A stretch of 64,000 bases of DNA, from assembly GCF_009914755.1 (NCBI RefSeq), contig NC_060926.1; one strand, 5' to 3'. Source of the DNA: the human T2T-CHM13v2.0 reference genome, Homo sapiens. Position 1 is the first letter of the stretch, and each line of letters opens with the position of its first letter. Below the pieces are notes generated by a model, which saw only the letters and a program-made list of their open reading frames with translations, was not told the DNA's origin and did no database searches. Positions 29,037-42,315 of the stretch are shown piece by piece. The position numbers were made by a program, and so were the translations under genes.

Positions 29037-31356
29037 TTTTTAGGCAGACAAGAACACTGAGCAAGGCTGTCACTGCTATACCAGGTGTGCCACAGCAGCC
29101 CTTAAGTCCATCCTTTGAGAACTGTTCTAAGTGGCCATCATTCCCAAGCCTCAGCATATTTTGAGCTCACTATATTCATAACAATTTTCCTACAATTTTC
29201 TGCTACAATTTTATGTTTACCTTTTATTTAGGATGTCCTCACTAATTTTTGACATGCAACCTTTAAAAATATCTGAGGAGACCTGTAAGCCATCATATTG
29301 TCCCTCTGACACCCCACCACACATACACTTTTTCTCCTTTTGGTGTCAGTGGTGAGTGACCCCAAGAGGAGAAAAAAACTGTTTTTCTAAAAGTAATGTA
29401 TTCAAAGTGTCTTGCAGAGCAATTAGCTTATAGTAAAAATTCAATTATCACTGCTACTGCAGTTAAGAATTTCTACCTCATTTTAGGTTTGGTTTATTTT
29501 GAGTCTTGGCCATGGAATTTCAACTTGATTTTCTCTGAATTTTTTGAAGTATTCTTTTGAGAAGTCTGGTATCAGGTCTGACCAAGTCACCTTTCCCTTT
29601 GTACCTATAACAAACTTCTATTATATCATGATCATCTTTGTCCCAAATTCCCTAACACTGTTCTTTTATCAACAGGTCTTTCTTTTTGGTTTAAATAAAT
29701 CCAGACCAGCAGTTTCTCAAAATGTTTTCTTATAAATGTTTTCTTATAATTCATTGTCAGCCAGGAAAATTAACCACATACCAACACCTCTGTTTTTAAT
29801 AGGAGACTTCTAGTAATGTCCAAAAGTTAAAAAAATAAAAAATCTGCCACCTTTTTGTATCCGTGTCTTGCCTGTTTACTAGTTTTGTAATCTGCATCAT
29901 GAAAACTTCATTCATATTCTGCATCTGACCAGGCATGCTGTAATCCATTCCACAATAATGCCAGGTCTATTCCTCCCTCTTTATATCCTTCCAGAAATCT
30001 GTCCACCATTTATCACACCTTTAATGTATTAAAAAATAGATTTCTTACTATGCCCTTACATTCCATGTTGTTATGGAGTATAACATGTTGAATAAGACAG
30101 ATATACTTCCCACTGTTATATTACATTCCTAAATTTCTACCAATTAAGTCTCAATATTACAAGAAAGTTTGCTCCAAATTAAATTAAATTTTCAATTTGT
30201 TTGTCATTGGCCAACTGAGGTCATAATTTTCAACCCTATCTTCCTAATCACTTGCACATTCACTGTCATTGTTCTTCTACCTACAGACATCTGTTGTATT
30301 CCATAATAGTTCGAACATACAGCTCTTCATTATTCCAGGAATTTATTTCTCCTCCCTACAAGTTTCAGTATAATTTTACTGAACAGAACATCACCTCTTC
30401 TGACAACCACAGTCTCCAATTTTCATAGTACGCACATCATCTTTGCCAAATCATGGTCCAAAAAAATCCATTCTTCAAGAAAGAAATGTTTGAGATAGCA
30501 TGAAAATCAAAGTCATAAAAAGCAAAATCTGAACTGATTGAAATGTTTAAAATAACACTCCAGTTTTCTGTGACTCAGTTTCATATTTGTAGTCATTTCA
30601 GGAACCGGATATGGAAATGGCATTTATCTATGGCTATGTAATTTACCACATAAATTTAAAGTTATTAGTAATTAGTGGGATGGAGTTTTGCCAATTTTTT
30701 ACCATTGTATCCTTGCTACTGTTTCAGAAATTACCTACCAACTAAGTATGTTAAAGCTCTGTACCATGAAAACACAACCCCCACAATGTGTCCTTCATCC
30801 TGGTTTTTGGGACAGAACTTTATGTCTTTGCTGGTACATAGAAGCATACCTCATTGTTTCAGGGACATTTAGATCCCACTCCCAAAGGTCTGGTTTCATA
30901 CTCAAGATGCAACAAATGATTTAGCTTCAGGAATTAAAACACTGTTTTATTTAAAACACTCCCCCTCACCAATCTATTCGTGATAATTTTAAATCTCCAA
31001 TCTTCACAGAAACATTTTTCTCTCCCCATTTCCTTCTTGCATCACCTCTCCCACCTTATTTCAAATGACTTCACCTCCTTTAATAACCCGTACCATCAAC
31101 AATAGTCCCCAAATCTTTACCTTCTACCCAGTACATATTTAGAGCTCTTATAATTGTCACAGCTTCAGGAAGAAAAATCTAGCTCAATTACTCTAAGTGA
31201 TCATTTCCTGCGCCACTTATCTATGGCTACATAATTATCCTGAAACTTGGTGGCATGAAATAACCATTTATTATTTCTGGTGATTCTTTGAGTCAACTGA
31301 GCAGTTCCTGCTGGTCTCACCTAGTCACAGTCAGATGGGATGTGAAATGCTAAAAG

Positions 31357-31846
31357 TGGTACAGTAGGTAGCTAGTTAGATATGAGCAGGGCAGGAGAGG
31401 GCTCCCTGACACACACACCAGGAGCATTGGGCGACCATGAGGCAGTTGCTAACTGTCTCTCTAAAGTAACAATTTGTCACAGCTGGTGCCAGGGAAAGGC
31501 AGTCTCTAATAGAAAATACCTGAGACTGGTAATCAGCAGCTTCCCAATAAGATCTCAGGAGTGGGGAGAAGTAACGCAAGACTCCAGAAGCATGCCAACA
31601 TATAAAACCCCAAGTCAAGAGGCCAAGCCTTGCACTTGGCCTCTCACGTCACCCACTCGGCCCTCTTCCAAGTGTAATTTTCTTCCTTTCATTACTGCTC
31701 TAAAGCTTCTTAATAAACTTTCACTCCTGCTCCAAAACTGCCCCGGTCTCTCCTTCTGCCTTATGCCCCTCAGTCAAATTCTTTTTTCTGAGGAGGCAAG
31801 AATTGAAGTTGCTGCAGACCCATGCGGATAACTTCCTCTGGTAACA
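31357..31846 (+). mobile_element. ERV1 solo LTR (MER83/MER50 family)
   Basis: TG...CA termini (tggtacagtaggtagctag ... ggtaaca), 4-bp TSD aaag on both sides, TATA box at 31601-31607 and AATAAA at 31712-31717. Confidence 0.88.
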
Positions 31847-31850
31847 AAAG

Positions 31851-32704
31851 CAGAGGCATATCCAGCATGGGTCAGCAGGAGCAGTCCACATAAGGCACAG
31901 GCAAAAATAGGGTGCATCATCTGTAAATTTTAAAGCAACGATTTAAATGACAAGAAGTCAGCCTACCTTTGATTATCACCATGTGCCAGCAATTCCAAAC
32001 AGTGTCAGTTGTAAACTACTCTTCCCTGGAAAAAAAGAAAAAAAATGTGTTGGTCTAATTTCTATACAAATATTGGAGCTCTTGAGTTTTAATAACATTT
32101 ACAGAAGCTTCAAAATAGCCCATTTTATTACTTATCTTTTAATAAACATTGTATTCTACATAGAAGTTAATTTGGAGAACTCACAGTTACACAGTCGCCC
32201 CCCAACCCCCAGCCCCCACAGTGTCTGTTACATATGTTTAAGAATAGTTTCATAGTGACTAGGAATTGTTCAAGCTTTCTTTGTGAGCAGTTTACATCCC
32301 TATTTCTGTGGTACTACATATTCTTGTGTTTAATCAGTAGATTTGAAATTAGCAGTGATAAAATCACAGAATAGAAGGAACTCAAATTGTGTTTCCTCGT
32401 CTTTACAATCATTCTTACTCTTCGGAATTTCTGTGCAAAAAATTTTTTTAAACTGAGGCAAGGTGAAAACTGAAGTATATTTTTTGTTGAATAAATTTTT
32501 ATTTCATCTATGAAATATTTTGCTCAATATGAATATCTTTGAAATTGACATTTATTCGTTATCTTACTTGCCAACTGTTTGCTTTAAAACTAAGAAACAT
32601 TAAGAAAATTATAATTTTTTATAGTTGAATATAATTTTGCCATAGGGAAAAAGGTGGTGTTAAAATGATCTACTCTGAGTGTCCAACACTTGAGTACACT
32701 ATTA
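31851..32704 (+). mobile_element. MER97-like hAT-Tip100 DNA transposon
   Basis: gattatcaccatgtgccagcaattccaaacagtgtcagt, ttaataaacattgtattctacatagaagttaatttggagaactc, and end aaaatgatctactctgagtgtc...agtacactatta. Confidence 0.75.
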
Positions 32705-33599
32705 GGTAGAGAATCTAAGATGCACTCACTCATATATCTGGAGTTGGTGCTTGTTGGCAGGGATGCCTGGAATCTTCTCCACAAAACTGCTTCTCCTCCA
32801 GGAGGCTAGACCAGCTGCCTCACAAGATGATCTCAGGGCAATGTTCCTAGAAGGTGAAGCTGGAAGCTGCAGGTCTTGTAAGACTTACTAGCAAAAGTTG
32901 CACAATTTCTCTTTCCCCATATTCATCGGTTAAAGCAAGTGGTAAGATCAGCTCAGACTCAAAGGGTGAGAAAATAAACTTCACCTCTGGGTAGCAAGGG
33001 CTACGAGTTTTAGTAATATATTTATAAAAGCTTGCCCCACGGGGTCCTTTGTAATACAATCTTAAAACTATCTACATAAATTGCTGGGGAAACCTAATTT
33101 ATTTCTTGTTACCTAGAAGCTGTTAGGTTCCCAACATGGTAGGAGCTCCTGGAATTGCTGCCTTTAAGTCCGTCTGGCCATCCCATCACTCCTTTGGGTA
33201 ATTACTGCTAATTACCTCTAGGTGTTAGCAATTAATATAGATTGACCCCAGCTGGGTACCCTGAGGCTTTGGTATCATACAGTCTTTTACCCTTATAGAC
33301 CAGATATTTCAAAATCTCTTGCTTGCCTCTTCAAGGTCTTTTGTCATTCTTTTCAGAGCTACATTCTAAACTTAGCTAGGGCAATTAGGGTATGTCTGTA
33401 AGATCTCCCATGGGGGAGGATTATTTTTTGCAGCAGTTTAGTTTGTCAGTAAGAGAATATGAACTTAATAAGAATTTGATTTGATTGTGGACCAAATCTG
33501 ACCAAAGCTAGAAGGAATGCCTTTCCTCTTCTTAAAGCCTTTGATTTTGATCCATTTTATAGCATACCTCCTTTTAACTTTTATTATGCTTACGTGTGC

Positions 33600-33746
33600 A
33601 ATGGACACGTTTGAAGTCCTGGTAGACTTTAAACACTCTGAGAACAGGGTTGATGTTTTCTTCTCCCTTGTATCTCCCACAATATCTTGGGCAGTTCCAT
33701 AAACAGTGAGTCCTAATAAATATCTATTGATGAATAAATGAATGCA
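33600..33746 (+). mobile_element. L2 3' terminus
   Basis: tagactttaaacactctgagaacaggg...ttgtatctccca...aataaatatctattgatgaataaatgaatg. Confidence 0.7.
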
Positions 33747-34474
33747 TAGAAACTTTCCCTGTGTATTAGTAGTCGTAATACAACAACGAATTTCAAAATG
33801 GGTATAACCCTTACTCCCCTACACCAGAGAGAGGAAGATATCAGAATTGAAGATCAGCTAACCAGGGGAAACAATAATTAAATTTGTGGACTTTGATTCT
33901 GTATTTCTATTCTTGGGGCTAATTTTTAATCTGCTTAAATGTAAGCTTCTCCATAAAAGAAAATCATTGTTCCAAGTTTCTTGAGGTGTAAAGGGAAAAA
34001 CACAAAACACACATGTTCATTTCCTGAAAGTTCCAATAGAGGCACCAGCGTAGAGAAGGCTTCCTCCACCACCATCCTCCGGACCGTGGCAATGCTCATC
34101 TTTGTTCTCTTAGCCTTGTTGCCTTTTCATTTCCTTCAGCTGTGTATGTCTCCAAGTCTTTTGTCTGCTGCCCGGAGAATGAGTATTATCTGAAAGAATA
34201 AATGACTGCTTGAGGAAATGAAAGTGTACAATCAATCTTTTTACAAATCTGTCTAATGGTTATTTGCAAAAGAAGTGAAAATGCTGAAACACTTTTGGTT
34301 TTTAAGGACACAGTAAGTAGAAAATATGCCTAAGGATCCAAATAAGTATTGGTCTGACCACAGTGAGTTAATGACATAACTGTACTTCTTCATTTAAGAT
34401 TTCCTTTAATTGTTGCTAACTTTATTTGTTAGTATTACTTTAATCTGTGATTCTTGTACTTTAGCTAACACCAG

Positions 34475-34630
34475 AGTTGCCTGCAGGGCTTGTCAAAATA
34501 CAGATTACTGCTGGGCCCCACTTGCAGAATTTCTGATTTGGGCCTGGGGTGGGGCTCAAAAATGTGCATTTGAAATAAATTCCTGGGTAATATTGATGTT
34601 TCTGGTCCAGAGACCACACTTTCTCAAAGT
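34475..34630. mobile_element. MER5A-like hAT-Charlie MITE
   Basis: gcttgtcaaaatacagattactgctgggcccc...tttctgatt...ggggtggggc...tgcattt...tggtccagagaccacacttt. Confidence 0.8.
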
Positions 34631-36054
34631 GTGATTCTCACATCTGACTGAAACGATCTTTATTCATATATGGCTCCCCACCCACACGTTCCTAACTCTA
34701 ACACCTCCTTAAAATATTTCATGAAATTCTAGGTAATTCATCCCCTGGTAAAATACTTAATACCATAGTCGTTTATAGTTGAATTCCATTTATCATTAAC
34801 AAATGTACAACTAAAAATAAATAAATGTAAATCAGAAGCGATTCAGTGGATAATGTCACATGATCAAAATGTAAAATTGTTTCAAACCATAGGCCTTTTT
34901 ACCAAATCAATAACTCAAAATGATTTACTATGTATATTTAATACAAATCAGTCCACTTCAATAAATAGAATTAAATTATGCCTTTTCAGATAAGCAAAAA
35001 TATCGTATAGCATTATTGTATCTAAAGTGATTTCACCTTCGGGGTAGGGGCAGAGAAGGCACCAGGATCTCCGAAGGGAGAATATCTAAGTCAGTAATAT
35101 CCACCTGGTCCTGGATAAGGGCCAGAGATAAAAGATGAAAGAAAATTATAAGAATAGAGGAAGCTGCCGGGCTAAGGTTTTGCTCATATTGAAGAGAAAT
35201 AGTCAAAACAGATGGAGTCTCCATGATGACCTAGAAAGTCTAGCCCCCCATCTGTGGTCCTCGAACCCACATCTTTACTCCTTCAACTTCTGCAGCTTCC
35301 AAATTAGACACACACATGTGTTCCCTCCAGTAGGCCCCTCTAGGTTGAATTCCCTCTTTCTTTCACAATGCACACAGGCTTTTAACAAATGCTTATTGAA
35401 TGACTAAATGAATGAATGAGAAGGCAGTAGAAATAAAGAAAAAGTTATAAACTTAGAAGAGGAGTGGAAACTGATTTTTGCTCTGGAGTGGAGCAGGGAT
35501 GTTTTGACTGAGAATGTTCTTCATATGTGTAGAGTCAGAGGGAGGTGACCTGCAGGCAGGGCTGCCATGCAGAGCTGTGTACAGGGTTTCATTAGAAAGC
35601 TCAATGTAGATTACAATGTTGATGCTAAGCCCAATAGTTGGGGGGAGCACCACCTGCCTCATTGAATGCAGAGGTCTACAGAGGACCCCTATAGTGTAGG
35701 GGTTAGAAATTAGGACTTTGGGTAAAATAAATTCTAATTGGTTCTAACTTGTGTGATATGCAGATTTAACCTCTCTCAACCACCATTTACTCATCTGTTG
35801 TTGAGTGTTAGGTAGGACTGCTCCTGCTTTCGGCAAAATGCCTAGAATACATCTTTCTCAACTGGTTTGACCTCTTCTCTCCATACCTTGACCCGCTTCT
35901 CATTTCAGGCAACTATGGGAATAAGAACTCCAGTTTGTTATTTCTAGTCCTGGAACTCACCCCTGTCAAACTAATCTAGTGTCTCCCAAACTCTCTCCTG
36001 CTGTGACACATTTGATAATTTAGGCCTCTCGTATCACAAAGAAATATCTAAGGT

Positions 36055-36255
36055 CGTAGTGTGCTGGTAAATATTGAACAACGAGCTCCCTGGAGGGGAA
36101 AAAAAAAAGCCCTGATTTGTAGTATTCACCAATATCTATGGTGTAAATGCTCCCACTGTGCCAATTCAAAGCTACCAAAAACAAAATCACAGAACAGAGT
36201 TCAAAAGAAAACTATAATCAGCTTTGGTGATCCTTAACTGGCTCCAGCACAGCAG
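36055..36255. mobile_element. MER63A-like hAT-Blackjack MITE
   Basis: gtgtgctggtaaat...aaaagccctgatttgtag...ggtgtaaatgctcccac...aagctacca...ggctccagcaca, with inverted termini tgtgctgg / ccagcaca. Confidence 0.8.
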
Positions 36256-38899
36256 TACGAGATGATTTAGGGGCATCCACCACTCCCACCATTCACTCCT
36301 TTCTTGTTCCCTGTTTTTTCTGTCTTTTCTTCCTTTCTATGATTGTCTTCCACAACTTCTTTTCCTTTCCCCATGTGTCTGTCAATTCTTGGGACTATTG
36401 ACTACTCAGAAACCCCACCAACTTTTCTAAGCCCTGCTCAAGTCCCAAGTAATAAAATTTGATCTCTACAAATAATACACACCACCAAGATAGTACTGAA
36501 CTATTACCACTGAATGAGTTAAGAGTTTATTCTGTGGCCTCATATAAAACTTGCTAGGTATTAAAACCAAAGAATCTCTGGCCATGAAGTTGGTATGTAA
36601 AATGAGCCAATAATTGCCACTCAATGCCTTTTATTTGCACAAAGGGATTATAAAATTTTCCTGATAAAGCAGGAGAAAGCAGTAATGGTAGAGCAAAGAG
36701 ACCTGGGATGAAATTAGCTCTTCAAGCCCCAGGCTGGGATTAAATTTTCATTGTAAAATTTTTTATGCATATTCCATCCCTTTGAATTCTAAATGAATTA
36801 GAAGTGTCTCCTATAGATAGGATTATTTCTGGGACAGATATCAGGCCATACCACATTCTAAAGGATTATTCCTCCCACCAAATATAACCTCTTCTCAGCA
36901 CTCCTCCAAAAGTCTTTGTAATTGGATCCATTACCCAGAATCTTCTACCTCTACTCTGCCCCAGCCACTCCTGTTGAAAAGAAGAGTAGAATACATAAGC
37001 CTATCAAGTTAAATGAGTCTTTGCCAAAGTGTGGGCAGCCTGGGCCTCTGAGAGTCACACTACATAAAGGGCATTGTGGGATAGGTTCAGATTCAAGGCC
37101 TCCTTTCAACTGCTTAAGAATTGATAATCAAGTATATTCAAGAGAGAACAGAGTGCTCCATAGCTGCAGACCAGTAATAACGCTCTTTGGAGAAGATTGT
37201 TGAGATGCATTTGTAAGTTTTCTGCATGCTTTCAGAGACAAGGAAATATGCTTAATATGGCGCTCATCTTTCTCTTAGATATGAATTGTATAATTCAATC
37301 TCTGGAGTCTAATACAGAACAATTGTTTCATATTAGTGCAGCTACTTTATATGCTGTATGCTTTAAATGTTCACCACTCTCTTTGGGTGCACTCAGCTCC
37401 TAATAAGAATGCTTTGAAGAGGCATCGTTACAAGAACAACCTTGGATTTAAATTTGGGGATGAGTAGTAAATCAAGGTGTGGAGCCATCTTTTCAAAAAG
37501 CCACTAAAATCTAAGGGAGGCCACATGAAATGTTCTGTTTCAAAATAGTTTTGCTTTGTGTAATATATGTTCCCCATTTTCCTTACTCTATTTCCATTAT
37601 TGAATTTTTTAAATTTAATTGGAATTGTCCTATAGACTTGCTACCTAATTTTAAAAATGGTAAATAAGATGATTACTTTGCAGATGCTGTTTGCTTTAAA
37701 AATATATGCAATAAAGTATAATCTTACAGAACAATTAGAAAGTAATTATTTGCATTAGAGAAAGAACCATTCCTTAACAAATAGCTTCATTCATTTAAAA
37801 AAAAATACTGTATTTTGACAGTGTAGTTCAACTGTTATTGATTTATGACAATTGAAAAGAAGAAAAGAATCCAGGGAAGTAAAACTTAAAAAATATACAA
37901 AAGCTAAATGAAGGATTTGGGGCTGAGAATAATAAATGCTACTAACAGCTGACTCAAATACCAATAATGACATTACAGCCAAAAGTTTATCTATGGCTTA
38001 CCTAGAGCTTTTAGCCAGAGTCACTGATGCTTGTTCCTGAGACTGGATTAAAGTATACCAAGAAGATCAGTTGGCCTGCCAATGAGGAATGGAAAAATTT
38101 TCTAGCCTTAGGCAAATGCACAGATTTTTCGAGTAATACCTGAGCCTCTTGGCTGGGATTTTGATATTCTGTCCAGACCCAATTCCACTAACTTCAGACA
38201 GTGGTCAAGACACAATCTTGAAAAGACTAACTGGGCCCAACCATAGCCTCTCCATTCTCCTGAATTCTAGACTCCTGTTGCCATGCCCCACCTGGCACAC
38301 TGGACCTACTTTTCAAGAATGAAAGAAAAAACAAAGTTGAAAACAGACAAAAGTAACAATGACACCCCAAGAGGAGGGTCCCCCATGCTGCATGTGCCAT
38401 TCACCTGTTCTCTTACATTACTCACCCAACGTCTCCACAGGCAAGTGGAAGGTAGAAACTGCCTAACAGACCTCTTCATTCTCCAACTTTCTTGCTTCCA
38501 TCATTCAATGATCTTGTAAAATCCATGGAGCCCACAACCAAAGAAGCAGTAGGTGATGGCTTTTGAGTGGACAAGTTTCAAGACAGTGTGTTTCATAATA
38601 CTGAACATCAAGACATTAACCTCAACAACACAATAAGAAGCAATAGCAAAAACAGTTCTATGAGTGTCTAATACTCCTCTGTCTATAGGACTCAAAAAGT
38701 AGCATGGACCTCAATGTACAAAAGAAACAGGAATTCTCTTCACTTTATGGGAAAAGAAAGAGAACCCAGTGACAGAGTGAAGACTGCTTTAGTCCCAGCT
38801 CTCCTCTGAAATTTATTACCTCTCAGTGTTAATTCTGGAGAGGAAAGTGATGTACAAAAGAAAAATGTCCAAACTTGAGAAGTTATCTCATGCCTAGGG

Positions 38900-39110
38900 A
38901 GGCACTGGAGTATGGAAGAAAGAGCATTGGCCTAAGAGGCAAAAGAACTAGGCTCTGCCATTGGCCCTATGACTTCTATAAACTATGTAAACGGCCAAGT
39001 GTTTGTTTCCTCATCTGTACACTAGGAATAATAATAAATGCTCCTACCTCCAGGGGCTTCCCAGGAGGGTCAAGTGGGAAAATGAGTGGGACCGGTTTGT
39101 CTGACATAGA
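38900..39110 (+). mobile_element. MIR SINE
   Basis: ggaagaaagagcattgg...ggctctgcca...gtttcctcatctgtac...ggaataataataaatgctcctacctc. Confidence 0.7.
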
Positions 39111-40157
39111 GCCCTAGTGAGAGAAGCCACCACTGCATAAACCCTGCTTAATTTCATCCCTTATGTCATATTCTTTGATCTCCCTAGAAACTTTCCATTT
39201 CAGTCCAACTTTGTTATTTGTTTAAACAGCAAGCCGAAACATCACCTTTACCCCTTCCAGAGGTTGCCCAAAGCATGAGGAGAAAAATCAGACCTATCAG
39301 CTAAGCTGTAATGTTCCCAAAGACATGATGAAATGCTGGGGCATGAGGTAAGGCTAACACCATCCTAAAATTGGACCAGAGATGAGATAATACATGCAAA
39401 AGAGCTCTGAAACCATAAAGCACTAAATCGCTGTGTGTTGTTACTGTTAATGAGGAGGGGTTGGGTTTGGGTGACAGTATTTCATGGCTGGGCCCAAGGT
39501 CGCACAGTCAGACCTCAGACATTGCATAGACAGTTGCTGTTCTGACTGAAGAACCAATGCCCTCATCATCCTTGTCTCAGTATAGACCCTGAACATTACT
39601 CATCCTGCTTCATTATTCTTATTTTAAGGCTTTTGTTGATTTCTGAGTAGAGTTTAAATGAGGTTTTCTTTCACATCTACTTAGAAACACTGGAAAACAA
39701 CATACCCGTACCCTTGACGTGTGTGATTTTGTGTATGAGATGTCTTTAAAATCCTTGGGCTTCATTGAACTAAATTTCGAAGACTAACGTGCAAGTTGGA
39801 GGTCAACTCCCTCTTGAGAGGAAATAAAAGGAAGATACATAGCTTGGTCATCGTGGCTGTTGGACAAGATGCTAAAGCAGCCACAGCCACCAAGCTAGTG
39901 GGTACTGGTGTACTCTCTGTACTTTTTAAATGAGATGGTTTTAAAATGCACCACAACATTGACCTTCTAAACAAAAGGCACTGCCTCTAACTTCAGTTTC
40001 CTTTTCCTGGCATCTTCTTATTTTTTACCCCAGAAATAACAGAACCTTAACATACTTCTCCAATCTTCCCCCCAGTCCCCCTCACACTTGCCAAACCAAT
40101 ATCCTTGAACCAGAGTTCTTAACCATAGACTAAAGATTTAAGAATATACAAATTCAA

Positions 40158-40410
<253 letters not shown>

Positions 40411-40624
40411 AATACACAAATTCAAAACAAACTACTTTAGGTGAATAAAGCACTGAGATATTAACAACTCATCCCATTATTTGTCTTCATTTATGCTGAA
40501 AGCACAAAAACAGCCAGAATATTTGTTTATTTATAAAGATGACAACCACTGGTTCCAGTGGGTCTCTGTAACAAATGTGTTGCTCAGCATTGAGTGTCAG
40601 ACCTGAATAATAAAGGCCTAAGTT

Positions 40625-40790
40625 CAAAGCATCATGGAATTTGAAGAGACATTAAAGGTCATATCATCCAATCTCAACAGTTTACAGATAAAGAAGCTGA
40701 GATCCAGGGGAGGGAATGCCTTGCCTGTGGCCACACTGCTGGTTAATGGTCTCATCTTTCTGGTACACCACTCTGCATTACACCATGCTG
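40625..40790 (-). mobile_element. MIR/MIR3 fragment
   Basis: aaaggtcatatcatccaa...tttacagataaagaagctgagatccagggaggg...cttgcctgtggccacac. Confidence 0.7.
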
Positions 40791-42099
40791 AAGGTTCTCC
40801 TTGACCCTCTAAAAGCAAGCCTTATTCTCGATCCAGGACAATAACATCTTTGCTCCACGTATTGAAATCATTAGTATAAATTTTAAAATAGGTTATCCTA
40901 TTCATCTATCCTTATATATAGGTCTTTGGAGCACGCTGCCATCAAAACTTCAAGGATTTGTGGATAGAAGATAGCACAAGGTCATGTGAAATTAAAATAT
41001 ATATATTTATTTTAATTATGAAAATTATTTGTAATTAATATTAGGCAAATAGCAAAATGCAGTAAAGTACCAAGGATTTGGAGAGGGGATCATTACTCCC
41101 CCACTGTTAAGTCACAGCATGGTAAATAGGCTATTCGGAAACGAAAATGCTCATAAATATATATATGCCATCCTGAGTACCCCTTCATTTCAATAACACT
41201 AATTGCCCTTTTTTTCCTTGCTGCTCCTAGCCATATTTCTTGGAAAACAACAGCTGTGTTTATTCAAATAGCAGCATACTGATGACTTGATGATAGGGTA
41301 ATCTGCTGGAATTCCAAGTGTGACAGTCCCAGAGATAACTTCTCGGCACACCAGAAAAGTATCCTTTGCATAGTACAAAGCTTTGGAAAGGAATCCCCAC
41401 TTTGTTAGCACATGGGATTGGATGTTCTTTATTTCAACTGGTTGCGACATTGAATTTCTTCCAACAAGTATCATATTTTCTGGTTCTTGCAGAATAATCT
41501 TCCCATACATCATTGTCACAAAGTAAATCTGCAACATGAACATTTTCACTCCAATGGCTTCTAAGCAAAGGGATTAAACAGTGCCTTGAATTACAATAAA
41601 AACAGCCACAAGATTCAGTTCAAAATCAGAGCAATAAATTCCACTTGTTGTTATTTTCTCTGAATCAATGGACGCTGGATGGGATAATAATAGCTTAAGA
41701 AGCCATTTACTAGAAAAACAAAACAATACAAACAAACAAACGAGACCCAAATATCCCTGGGAATGTAATTAATTAAAGAAGAAGTTTAATTTCCAAGGGT
41801 ACCAAGGTTAAATTTCTACAAGAAGTTATCATCTTTATTGATGATGACCACTCAAGACATATTTCTACTCAATATAAGATTTATAAGGAGTATTTAGACA
41901 TAAAATAAGTTCAAAAAAGCTAATCAATGTTTTAAAGTAATAAAGTAGTTAGTCTCTTTTAATAATAATCTTTATAACTTGTGAAGTTTTAAATTTTATT
42001 ATTGAGTCTTGATGTTTATCAAGAACTTAATTCTTTTCTTCAGGAGGCATTGTCAAATCACCTTGAAAGAACACACTTGTATTGCTGATTACCTTAAAA

Positions 42100-42315
42100 A
42101 TAACAATAAGAAGTACATATATAAAGCAATATGTTTCAGGTACTCTTTCATGTTCTTGAATACATTAGCTCTTTAAATGAAGGGGTCCTTTTTTTCAGAT
42201 GGAAAACCTGAAGCACAGAAACCCTGTCACTTGTCCAAGCTCACCCAGCTAGTAAGCAGTGGTCAAGATCCCAGCCCATGCTTCTAATTCTACAGTTCAT
42301 GTTCTTCACATGGAC
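42100..42315 (-). mobile_element. MIR SINE
   Basis: tttcagatggaaaacctgaagcacaga...cacttgtccaagctcacccagctagtaag...cccatgcttcta. Confidence 0.75.

Larger units (their letters stand above)
31215..33010 (-). mobile_element. MLT1 LTR split by two insertions (pieces about 31215-31356 and 32705-33010)
   Basis: aaacttggtggcatgaaataaccatttattatttct...cagttcctgctggtctcacc, resuming as aagatgcactcactcatatatctgg...ccaggaggctagaccagc...ggaagctgcaggtc...ggttaaagcaagt...cagactcaaaggg. Confidence 0.7.

Noticed and set aside
31382-31831. 149-aa ORF
   Set aside because: Entirely inside an ERV1 solo LTR with no gag/pol/env similarity; likely chance.
41279-41296. TGATGA motifs as a C/D snoRNA C box
   Set aside because: No CTGA D box or terminal stem at a suitable distance downstream.
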